From contig DATGCY010000129.1 in NCBI GenBank assembly GCA_035311385.1, positions 566-64,565 of the forward strand: a stretch of 64,000 nucleotides of DNA, written 5' to 3'. Under the pieces are notes generated by a model, which had not been told where the DNA came from, did no database searches, and worked only from the letters and a program-made list of their open reading frames with translations. Each line of letters begins with the position of its first letter. The stretch's first letter is position 1. Positions 56,309 through 64,000 of this stretch are shown here, piece by piece. Both the position numbers and the translations under genes were made by a program. Source of the stretch: Candidatus Methylomirabilota bacterium (GTDB lineage: Bacteria > Methylomirabilota > Methylomirabilia > Rokubacteriales > CSP1-6).

Positions 56309-57727
56309 CTAGCGGCGGTCGCCGATGCGATGGAGCTTGAGGAGATTGGTGGTGCCCGTGACCCACATAGGCGCGCCCGAGATGATCACGATCACGTCCC
56401 CGTTGCGCACGGTGCCGTCACCGAGCAAGGTCGCCTCGACCTCGTGAACCATCTCGTCCGTGGTCTCCACCTTGCGAATGAGCCGCGAGCTCACCCCCCA
56501 GTAGAGGCCCAGTCGCCGCTGCACCTCGGGGAACGGCGTGAGGGCGACCACAGGCACGTCGGGACGCTCGGAGGAGATGAGCCGTGCGCTGAACCCCGAC
56601 TGGGTGAACGCCACGATCGCCTTCGCGTGGAGCACCTCGGCGGCACGACAGGCCGCCTCCGCCACCGCCTCCGGAAAGCCATAGGCTTCGGGGCGCGACG
56701 GCTCGATGAGGGCGCGCGGTCGCTCCCGCTCCGCCCGTGCGGCCACGCGCGACATCACCTCCACCGCCTCCACGGGATGCTGGCCCGAGGCCGTCTCCGC
56801 GGAGAGCATGAGGGCGTCCGCCCCCTCGAAGATGGCGGTGGCCACGTCGCTCACCTCGGCGCGCGTGGGGCGCAGGTAGGTGACCATGGACTCGAGCATC
56901 TGGGTCGCCACGATCACCGGAACCTTGGCGAGGCGGGCCTGGCGGATCACGTCGCGTTGGATGATGGGCACCTCCTCGATGGGCACCTCCACCCCGAGAT
57001 CGCCGCGGGCGACCATGACGGCGTCCACGAGAGCGAGGATGCCGGGGAGATTGGCCACGATCTCCGCCCGCTCCAGCTTGGCGATGATGGGGAGACTCGC
57101 CCGCTGATCGAGGACGAACTTGCGCACCTCCTGGATGTCGGAGGCCGAGCGCACGAAGGAGACGGCGACGTAGTCGACGCCCTGCTCGATGCCGAAGCGG
57201 AGGTCGGCCTTATCCTTGGCGGTGAGGCACGAGAGCGGCAGCGGGAGACCCGGCAGGGCCACGCCTTTGTGGTCGGAAACCACGCCGCCTGCGGTGACCC
57301 GACAGCGCGCCTCGCGCGCCTGGACCTGCTCCACCGCGAGCTGGATCGTTCCGTCGTCCATCCAGATCTGGTCGCCGGGCCGTAGCGCGGCGAAGAGGTC
57401 GGGGTGATCGAGGGAGGCGCCCGCCGACGTCCCCTGCACGGGGTCGGCGGTGAGCATAAAGGGCTCGCCCGTCATGAGCATGGCGCGGCCGCCCACGAAG
57501 TTGCCGAGCCGCACCTTGGGTCCTTGCAGGTCCTGGACGATGGTGACGGGATGACCCCACTCGCTCTCGCCTTCCCGGATGGCGCGAATCACCGCCGCGT
57601 GTTGTTCGTGCGTGCCGTGAGAGAAGTTGAGCCGAGCCACGTCCATGCCCGCCTGGACGAGCTTGCGCAGGGTGGCCACGTCGCGACTGGCCGGACCGAT
57701 GGTGGCGACGATCCGGGTGCGCCTCAT
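56309..57727 (-). CDS. pyk: pyruvate kinase
   Basis: 472 aa. [14 protein letters not shown], active-site and C-terminal regulatory domain signatures. Confidence 0.9.
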   Translation of the reverse strand: MRRTRIVATIGPASRDVATLRKLVQAGMDVARLNFSHGTHEQHAAVIRAIREGESEWGHPVTIVQDLQGPKVRLGNFVGGRAMLMTGEPFMLTADPVQGTSAGASLDHPDLFAALRPGDQIWMDDGTIQLAVEQVQAREARCRVTAGGVVSDHKGVALPGLPLPLSCLTAKDKADLRFGIEQGVDYVAVSFVRSASDIQEVRKFVLDQRASLPIIAKLERAEIVANLPGILALVDAVMVARGDLGVEVPIEEVPIIQRDVIRQARLAKVPVIVATQMLESMVTYLRPTRAEVSDVATAIFEGADALMLSAETASGQHPVEAVEVMSRVAARAERERPRALIEPSRPEAYGFPEAVAEAACRAAEVLHAKAIVAFTQSGFSARLISSERPDVPVVALTPFPEVQRRLGLYWGVSSRLIRKVETTDEMVHEVEATLLGDGTVRNGDVIVIISGAPMWVTGTTNLLKLHRIGDRR

Positions 57728-60492
57728 GCCAGCACCTTGGCGAGGATCTGCCCCGTATAGGAGCGATCCGCTTGTTTCACCATGTCCTCCGGCGAACCGG
57801 CAGCGACGACGCGCCCGCCGTCGTTGCCGCCCTCGGGCCCGAGGTCGATGATCCAGTCCGCCGTCTTGATGACGTCCATGTTGTGCTCGATGATCACCAC
57901 GGTGTTCCCCTGATCGACGAGCTGATTGAGCACCTCGAGCAGCCGGCGGATGTCCGCGAAGTGCAGCCCGGTGGTGGGCTCGTCGAGGATGTAGAGGGTG
58001 CGGCCGGTGGCCCGGCGCGAGAGCTCAGTGGCGAGCTTCACTCGCTGGGCCTCCCCTCCCGAGAGCGTGGTCGCCGACTGTCCCAGGCGGATGTAGTCGA
58101 GTCCGACGTCGTGGAGAGTCTGGAGCTTCTGCTTGATGGCGGGCACCGGCTCGAAGAACCCGAGGGCCTCCGCCACCGTCATGTCGAGCACCTCCGCGAT
58201 GTTCTTGCCCTTGTAGCGCACCTCGAGGGTCTCGCGATTGTAGCGCTTGCCCTTGCATACCTCGCAGGTGACGTAGACGTCGGGGAGGAAGTGCATCTCG
58301 ATCTTCACCAGCCCGTCGCCCTGGCAGGCCTCGCAGCGTCCGCCCTTCACGTTGAAGGAGAATCGGCCCGGCTGATAGCCGCGCATCCGCGCGTCCGAAG
58401 TGCGCGCGAGGAGCGTCCGAATCAAGGTAAACACGCCCGTGTAGGTAGCCGGGTTCGACCGCGGCGTCCGCCCGATGGGAGACTGGTCGATGTCGATGAC
58501 CTTGTCGAGGTGCTGCGCGCCCTCGATGCGCTCGTGAGCGCCCGGGCGCTCCTGCGCCCGGTGGAGCATCTGGGCCAGCGCTCGGTAGAGGATGTCGTTG
58601 ACGAGGGTGGACTTCCCCGAGCCAGACACGCCGGTGACCGCGGTGAAGGTCCCGAGGGGGATCTTCACCGCCATGCCCTTGAGGTTGTGCTCGCGCGGGT
58701 TGTGGATGATCACGTGCTTGCCGTTGGGCGCGCGGCGCATGGGAGGGACGGCGATCCGCTCCGCTCCCGAGAGGAACTTCCCGGTGAGGGAGGCGGGATG
58801 CGCGGCGATTTCCTCGGGGGTGCCTACGGCGACCACGTGCCCGCCCAGCTCGCCCGCCCCCGGACCCAGGTCCACCACGAAGTCGGCGGCGCGGATCGTC
58901 TCCTCGTCGTGCTCCACCACGAGCACGGTGTTGCCGAGATCGCGCAGGCGCTTCAGCGTATCGAGGAGCCGGCTGTTGTCGCGTTGGTGAAGACCGATGC
59001 TCGGCTCGTCGAGGATGTAGAGGACGCCGACCAGGCTCGAGCCGATCTGGGTGGCGAGGCGGATGCGCTGTCCCTCACCACCCGACAGCGTCGCCGCCGC
59101 GCGGTCGAGGGTGAGGTACTCGAGCCCCACGTGGGCGAGGAAACCCAGCCGCTCGCGGATCTCCTTGAGCACGCGGCGGGCGATCTGCGCGTCGCGCTCG
59201 GACAGGGCGAGGGTGTCGAAAAACTGGCGCGCCGACTTGATGGAGAAGTGGACCACATCGGCAATGGAGCGGCCGGCGATCTTCACGGCCAGCGTCTCCG
59301 GGCGCAACCGCGAACCCTGGCAGGCGGGGCAGTCGCGCAGGGCCATGAAGTGCTCGAGCTCCTGGCGCACCTCGGGCGACAGCGTCTCCTTGTAGCGCCG
59401 GTCGAGGATCTTCACCGCGCCCTCGAAGCCGTCGCCGGGCTCCCCGTGGAGGATGATGTCGCGCGTCTTCTTCGGCAGCTTGCCCCACGGCGTGGAGAGG
59501 TCGAACTTGTAGCGTCGCGCGAGAACGGCCAGCGTCTGCTTGAAGGTGTTCCCCGCCGTACTCGCCCACGGGACGAGCGCTCCGTCCTTCAGTGAGCGCG
59601 CGGGATTGGGCACGACGAGGGCGGGATCGATCTCGTAGCGCGAGCCGATGCCGCCGCACTCCGCGCAGGCCCCGTAGGGATTGTTGAAGGAGAACATGCG
59701 CGGCGACACCTCCGGGAAGGAGATGCCGCAGGCGGCGCAAGCCAGCCGCTCGGAGAAGACGTAGGAGAGGCCGTCGACCACCTCGACCTGGACCACGCCC
59801 TCGGCGAGGCGCAACGCCGTCTCCAGCGAGTCGTTGAGCCGCGAGCCCAGGGTGTCGCGCACCACGAGGCGGTCCACCACCACCTCGATGGTGTGCTTCT
59901 TGGTCTTGGCGAGCTCGATCTCCTCGGAGAGCTCGCGCAGCTCGCCGTTGACCCGCACGCGCACGTAGCCCTGGCGGCGCAGATCGTAGAAGAGCTTGCG
60001 GTACTCGCCCTTGCGCCCCCGCACCACGGGGGCGAGCAGGACGAGACGGCTCCCCGTGGGCAGGGCCATCAGGCGATCGACCATCTGCTGCACGGTCTGG
60101 GCGGAGATCACCGCGCCGCAGCTCGGACAGTGCGGCACGCCGATGCGCGCGAAGAGCACGCGGAGGTAATCGTAGATCTCCGTCACCGTACCCACGGTGG
60201 AGCGCGGGTTCTTCGAGGTTGTCTTCTGCTCGATGGAGATGGCGGGCGACAACCCCTCGATGGAGTCGACGTCGGGCTTCTCCATCTGCTCGAGGAACTG
60301 CCGCGCATAGGCGGAGAGCGACTCGACATAGCGGCGCTGTCCCTCCGCATAGATGGTGTCAAAGGCGAGCGAGGACTTGCCGGAGCCGGAGAGGCCCGTG
60401 AGGACCACGAGCTGGTCCCGCGGGATCTCGAGATCGATGGATTTGAGGTTGTGCTCACGCGCGCCGCGGACGACGATCCTGTCGTTGGCCAT
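57724..60492 (-). CDS. uvrA: excinuclease ABC subunit A
   Basis: ATG 60492 ([26 protein letters not shown]..). Two ABC ATPase modules (GLSGSGKSS; GVSGSGKST). Zn-finger Cys pairs. 4-nt overlap with pyk. The 63-codon N-terminal extension in the track is artefact. Confidence 0.95.
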   Translation of the reverse strand: MANDRIVVRGAREHNLKSIDLEIPRDQLVVLTGLSGSGKSSLAFDTIYAEGQRRYVESLSAYARQFLEQMEKPDVDSIEGLSPAISIEQKTTSKNPRSTVGTVTEIYDYLRVLFARIGVPHCPSCGAVISAQTVQQMVDRLMALPTGSRLVLLAPVVRGRKGEYRKLFYDLRRQGYVRVRVNGELRELSEEIELAKTKKHTIEVVVDRLVVRDTLGSRLNDSLETALRLAEGVVQVEVVDGLSYVFSERLACAACGISFPEVSPRMFSFNNPYGACAECGGIGSRYEIDPALVVPNPARSLKDGALVPWASTAGNTFKQTLAVLARRYKFDLSTPWGKLPKKTRDIILHGEPGDGFEGAVKILDRRYKETLSPEVRQELEHFMALRDCPACQGSRLRPETLAVKIAGRSIADVVHFSIKSARQFFDTLALSERDAQIARRVLKEIRERLGFLAHVGLEYLTLDRAAATLSGGEGQRIRLATQIGSSLVGVLYILDEPSIGLHQRDNSRLLDTLKRLRDLGNTVLVVEHDEETIRAADFVVDLGPGAGELGGHVVAVGTPEEIAAHPASLTGKFLSGAERIAVPPMRRAPNGKHVIIHNPREHNLKGMAVKIPLGTFTAVTGVSGSGKSTLVNDILYRALAQMLHRAQERPGAHERIEGAQHLDKVIDIDQSPIGRTPRSNPATYTGVFTLIRTLLARTSDARMRGYQPGRFSFNVKGGRCEACQGDGLVKIEMHFLPDVYVTCEVCKGKRYNRETLEVRYKGKNIAEVLDMTVAEALGFFEPVPAIKQKLQTLHDVGLDYIRLGQSATTLSGGEAQRVKLATELSRRATGRTLYILDEPTTGLHFADIRRLLEVLNQLVDQGNTVVIIEHNMDVIKTADWIIDLGPEGGNDGGRVVAAGSPEDMVKQADRSYTGQILAKVLA

Positions 60493-60503
60493 CGGCTCCC
60501 ATT

Positions 60504-61979
60504 CTAGCCTCTGTGTGGTCGGCGGGCGAGCCTCAGCACGATGGCGGCCACGGGCGCTGCCACCACCGCGGGATAGGCAAGCGGCAATCCCACCCAGCCT
60601 TCGACGCCGCGCGTCCACTGGCCGCCCAGGGCGAGCGCACCGAAGATACCGAGCCCGACGACCCCGGCCACCGTCGCCCATCGTTCACGCTCCGTGGGCG
60701 GCGGCCAGAGGGCGGCGGGCGCCAACGTGGACGCGGCGAGGCCCAGTGCCACCACGACGAGCATCCACGGTTCGGCCGGCCACAGGCTCGCCAACGCCGC
60801 CGCGCCGATGATGGCCGACCACAGGCCGACGTCGTGGCCGATCTCGCCGCCGCCGGTGACATCGAGGTTTCCGATGCGCTCACGTAACACAACGCTCGAG
60901 GCGAGGAAGCTCGCGAGGGCGGCCGCGGGCAATAGCGGCGGCACGAAGCGGCCCAGGCCGGTCGGCCAACCGAGCGACGGCGGCCGCGCCAGACGCTCGA
61001 TGGCAACGCCACCCAAGAACAGGTCGGGCGCCCCGAGCGCGCAGTACACGGCCCAGATCACGCCCCAGCCGAAGACCAGAATGAGCGCAGCGCCGACGGT
61101 CGCGAGCTGGGCACGCGTGGGACGACCAGCCACCCCGACGTCGAGGAGCGCGAGGGCGCCGCCGACCACCGTGAAGAGCAATCCCCAGCGCCGCACCGAA
61201 TCCCCTCGCCGGCCATCCGCCCACGCGATGCCCGAGGACGGCGCGCCGGGCACCGCCTTGCCGACCTCGAAGCGTAGGCGCGCCCCCGTCGGCCAGCGCA
61301 GCTCGTCGCCCGAGCGCAGGGTGACGGTCTCGCCTGGCCGGAGATCCCAGTCGCTCTCCGTGACGCGTGCCCCGTCGACGGCACGGATATGCAGCTGGGC
61401 AGGGCCGGCCGCCGTGACTCGGTGCTCCTCCTCGAAGAGGAGCGAGGTCGGCCCGCGCCCGGCACGCAGTTCGTGCCCCGGATCCACCCACGGACTCGAC
61501 GCGGGAAGGCGGAATCCGGGTAGCGATGCGACCCGCCCCCACGCCGCGAGGGGGCCGATGTCCGCTTCGTAACCGAGGGCGATAAGGGGGACGACGAGGC
61601 CGCAGGCGGCGGCGAGGAGCAGCCCGGGCACGAGCCTGGACGACCCACGCCAGACGAGCAGAAGCCAGGCGCCGCCCGCGGCCACCGCGATCCCGCGCCA
61701 GCGCGGCCAGCCGAGCCACGCCGCCACGTCGCCCGCAAGCACGAGATTGCCCCACAGGAGCAAGGCGACCACCAGCAGCAGCGCGACCACCGGAAAGAGC
61801 TCGTTACGAGACGGTGACGCCGGCCCCCGCTTCCCCGTCGAGAGCGCGAGGAGCGGGGCCACGAGGAGGAGCAGCCCCACCCACAGCCCGTCGGGTCCGC
61901 TCTCCAGTACGAGGGCGGGCAGAGCAAGCCACGCCGCCGGCGTGAGCCAAAGGGCGATGGTGCGCGCGGCGAACGTCAC
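60504..61979 (-). CDS. polytopic inner-membrane protein of unknown function (about 490 aa)
   Basis: GTG 61979 overlaps the stop of the upstream small membrane ORF (GTGA). Many Trp/Leu/Ala-rich TM helices and one large soluble loop. Stop is 11 nt before uvrA. Confidence 0.5.
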   Translation of the reverse strand: MTFAARTIALWLTPAAWLALPALVLESGPDGLWVGLLLLVAPLLALSTGKRGPASPSRNELFPVVALLLVVALLLWGNLVLAGDVAAWLGWPRWRGIAVAAGGAWLLLVWRGSSRLVPGLLLAAACGLVVPLIALGYEADIGPLAAWGRVASLPGFRLPASSPWVDPGHELRAGRGPTSLLFEEEHRVTAAGPAQLHIRAVDGARVTESDWDLRPGETVTLRSGDELRWPTGARLRFEVGKAVPGAPSSGIAWADGRRGDSVRRWGLLFTVVGGALALLDVGVAGRPTRAQLATVGAALILVFGWGVIWAVYCALGAPDLFLGGVAIERLARPPSLGWPTGLGRFVPPLLPAAALASFLASSVVLRERIGNLDVTGGGEIGHDVGLWSAIIGAAALASLWPAEPWMLVVVALGLAASTLAPAALWPPPTERERWATVAGVVGLGIFGALALGGQWTRGVEGWVGLPLAYPAVVAAPVAAIVLRLARRPHRG

Positions 61980-62203
61980 CGGTGGAGGACGACGGTGATC
62001 AGCCAGGCGAGGACGGGTACGGCGACCGCGCCATACCACCAGAGCAGCGAGAGGCCGGCGACACGAATGCTGCCCGGCTCGGACGGCACGAGGGCGAAGA
62101 GGGGAAAACCGGCCAGCAGCACGAGGAGCAGGACGGGGCGCGTGAGCTTCACGACGGCCGCCATCATAGCAAATCGGGGTAAAATGACCGAGCGGCACAT
62201 CAT
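61976..62203 (-). CDS. small membrane protein (75 aa, 2 TM)
   Basis: Hydrophobic helices. Coupled by GTGA overlap to the downstream membrane protein. Divergent from the PIG-L gene. Confidence 0.4.
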   Translation of the reverse strand: MMCRSVILPRFAMMAAVVKLTRPVLLLVLLAGFPLFALVPSEPGSIRVAGLSLLWWYGAVAVPVLAWLITVVLHR

Positions 62204-62220
62204 CGAGCACAGGAGACGAC

Positions 62221-62922
62221 ATGTCCGAGCGCATCCAGCGCGTGATGGTCATCACTGCGCATCCCGACGATTCGGAGTTCGGCGCGGGGGGCACGGTGGC
62301 CAGGCTCACCCGCGAAGGCAAGATTGTCACCTACTGCATCCTCACCAACGGCGACAAGGGGTCGAACGATCGCGGCATGACCCCCGAGCGACTGGCCCAG
62401 ATCCGCGAGGAGGAACAGCGGAACGCCGCCCGGGTTCTCGGGGTCGATCTCGTGGAATTCCTCGGCTTCCCCGACGGCGAGCTGGAGGACACCCGCCAGA
62501 CGCGGATGGCCGTGTCGGGAGCGATTCGGCGCCATCGCCCAGACCTGGTGATCTGCCAGAACCCCCACCGCACCAAGAACCTCGGGGCCTCCCATCGCGA
62601 TCACCGCACCGCCGCGGGCATCGCCATCGACTGCGTCTATCCGCTGGCCCGCGACCACATGGCCTTCCCTGAGCTCATGGACCAGGGGCTCGAGCCGCAC
62701 AAGGTCAAGGAAGTGCACATGATGTGGTGGGACACGCCCGACGTGATCGTGGACATCACGGAGACGATCGACCTCAAGATGAAAGCACTGCAGTGCCACG
62801 CGAGCCAGTTCAAGGACTTCGCCGCGGTAGAGAAGCGCATCCGCGACCGCAACGCCGAACTGGGCAAGTCCCACGGGCTGGCCTACGCGGAGACGTTCGA
62901 GCGGATCGTCATGGACCGGTAG
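62221..62922 (+). CDS. PIG-L / LmbE-family deacetylase (copy 2)
   Basis: 233 aa. VITAHPDDSEFG, HRDH, and the same architecture as the 17415 paralog. Confidence 0.8.
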   Translation: MSERIQRVMVITAHPDDSEFGAGGTVARLTREGKIVTYCILTNGDKGSNDRGMTPERLAQIREEEQRNAARVLGVDLVEFLGFPDGELEDTRQTRMAVSGAIRRHRPDLVICQNPHRTKNLGASHRDHRTAAGIAIDCVYPLARDHMAFPELMDQGLEPHKVKEVHMMWWDTPDVIVDITETIDLKMKALQCHASQFKDFAAVEKRIRDRNAELGKSHGLAYAETFERIVMDR

Positions 62923-62972
62923 CCCCGCCTCCACGCGCGCGTCTGAACCCTCACCGCGGAGGAATTCGCTGA

Positions 62973-64000
62973 TGGCTGAGACGGCGACCACGCTGGTCGA
63001 GTTGATGGCCAGGAGGGTGTCCGCGGAGCCGGACACGGCCTACTTCCACCTCTACGACGAGACGGTAACCTACGCCCAACTCTGGCACGAGAGCGGGCGT
63101 TACGCGGCGGGGCTGCGCGAGGCCGGCGTCGACCGCGGCGACAAGGTCTGCCTCATCTATCCCACCTGCAAGGAGTTCTTCTTCACGTTCTTCGGTGCGC
63201 TGCGTCTGGGCGCGGTGCCGGTGCCGCTCTATCCCACCCTGGGAGTCGAGGCCACCGCCAACGTGTTCCGCGACTCCGAGGCCAAGGTGGTGACGACCAT
63301 CGGCTGGTTCCGCAAGGGCGTGGAGGAGAGCCAGGCCGCGGCGCCCGAGATGCGTCACGTGCTCGAGCCACAGGACCTGGAGGTGGACCACCCCACCCTC
63401 GCCCTGCCCACTCCCGAGGCGAGCGACACCGCCTTCATCCAGTACACGTCAGGCAGCACAGGCAGTCCGCGCGGCGTGGTCCTGAGCCACGCCAACGTCA
63501 CCCGCACCGTGGCCTTCATGGCGGAGGCGGCGCTGCTCAAGCGCGATGACGTGGTCGTGTCCTGGCTGCCCCTCTATCACGACATGGGGCTGATCGGCTG
63601 CGCCTTCACTCCGCCCTCCATCGGCGCGCCGCTCTGGCTCCTGCCTCCCGATCTCAAGAACCCGCGCACCTGGCTCGAGCTGGTGACGCGGGTCAAGGCC
63701 TCCTTCACGGTATCCCCCGACTTCGGCTTCCGGAATTGTGTGCGCAACATCGGCGACACCACGGGCATCGATCTCTCCTCGCTCAAGCAGGCCCTGTCCG
63801 GAGCGGAGCCGGTGCGGCTCAGCACCATCGAGGCTTTCGAGAAGAAGTTCGATTGCCCGAACCTGATCTCCCCGTGCTACGGGCTCGCGGAGGCGACCCT
63901 TGCCGTGGCCATCTGGCCGCGCCGCACGCCGCTCCGTCTCGATAGCTCGGGGAAATTTCTCTCCGTGGGCCCGCCGTGCCGGGGCGTCTCCGTGCGCATC
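62973..64000 (+). CDS. AMP-dependent synthetase/ligase (fatty-acyl-AMP ligase-like), N-terminal part; continues beyond the window
   Basis: GGAGGAA SD 8 nt before ATG 62973. AMP-binding motif IQYTSGSTGSPRGV and YGLAEAT motif. No stop inside the window. Confidence 0.8.

Noticed and set aside
1-64000. Mobile elements, CRISPR arrays, rRNA/tRNA genes, phage-defence systems
   Set aside because: No transposase, integrase or recombinase, no Cas or nuclease-helicase modules, no direct-repeat arrays and no rRNA/tRNA-like sequences were found on either strand. The excisionase-type HTH at 32851 stands alone without integrase or att-like repeats.

Overview
This is a very GC-rich, gene-dense bacterial chromosomal window, read from sequence only, with no RNA genes, CRISPR arrays or obvious mobile elements found. 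The coding pattern (Sec-independent formate dehydrogenase, multi-GAF hybrid kinase, UbiD/UbiA/MenG block, many GTG/TTG starts and 1–4 nt gene overlaps) suggests a high-GC Gram-negative soil or sediment lineage, but taxonomy cannot be fixed from this window. Many long ORFs in the supplied track are GC-driven alternate-frame or antisense artefacts and were discarded. About 60 genes are supported. From left to right they are:
- a hydrolase / 3-hydroxyacid dehydrogenase pair;
- a SulP-STAS sulfate permease;
- a MmgE/PrpD-family enzyme fused into an operon with a complete ABC importer;
- a Zn-alcohol dehydrogenase overlapping a metallo-beta-lactamase-fold (lactonase-like) hydrolase;
- a quinone oxidoreductase with a DapA-family lyase;
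- a lone xanthine-dehydrogenase-family Mo subunit coupled to thioredoxin and a PIG-L deacetylase;
- HU;
- a 1426-aa multi-GAF hybrid histidine kinase;
- a leaderless permease–UbiD–UbiA–MenG/UbiE–RibD_C operon;
- QueE–QueC;
- an NAD-type formate dehydrogenase whose fused FdsG/B and FdsA genes are split by an oppositely oriented citrate synthase plus a small HTH gene;
- a split PgaB-like hydrolase/deacetylase pair opposite a beta-lactamase–NamZ(DUF1343) fusion;
- several small secreted or lipoproteins;
- a hydrolase–GGCT–transaminase–SDR operon;
- an aminotransferase–hotdog hydratase pair–TPP enzyme operon that ends in a thioredoxin-fold gene;
- a long same-strand run of membrane proteins–uvrA–pyk–enoyl-CoA hydratase–FG-GAP protein–DinB-like–RidA;
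- a second PIG-L deacetylase;
- a truncated fatty-acyl-AMP ligase.
The most interesting single observation is that the thioredoxin-fold gene has an in-frame TGA exactly at the first Cys of its CxxC motif (..TPT-TGA-PHCP..), making it either a selenocysteine (UxxC) selenoprotein or a nonsense pseudogene. Other oddities are an orphan OprB-porin C-terminal remnant, a frameshifted RidA, signal-peptide ORFs that lack canonical start codons despite strong Shine-Dalgarno sites, an AT-rich divergent promoter island with TTGAT(T/C)A direct repeats, and a GC-rich structured 270-bp convergent intergenic spacer.
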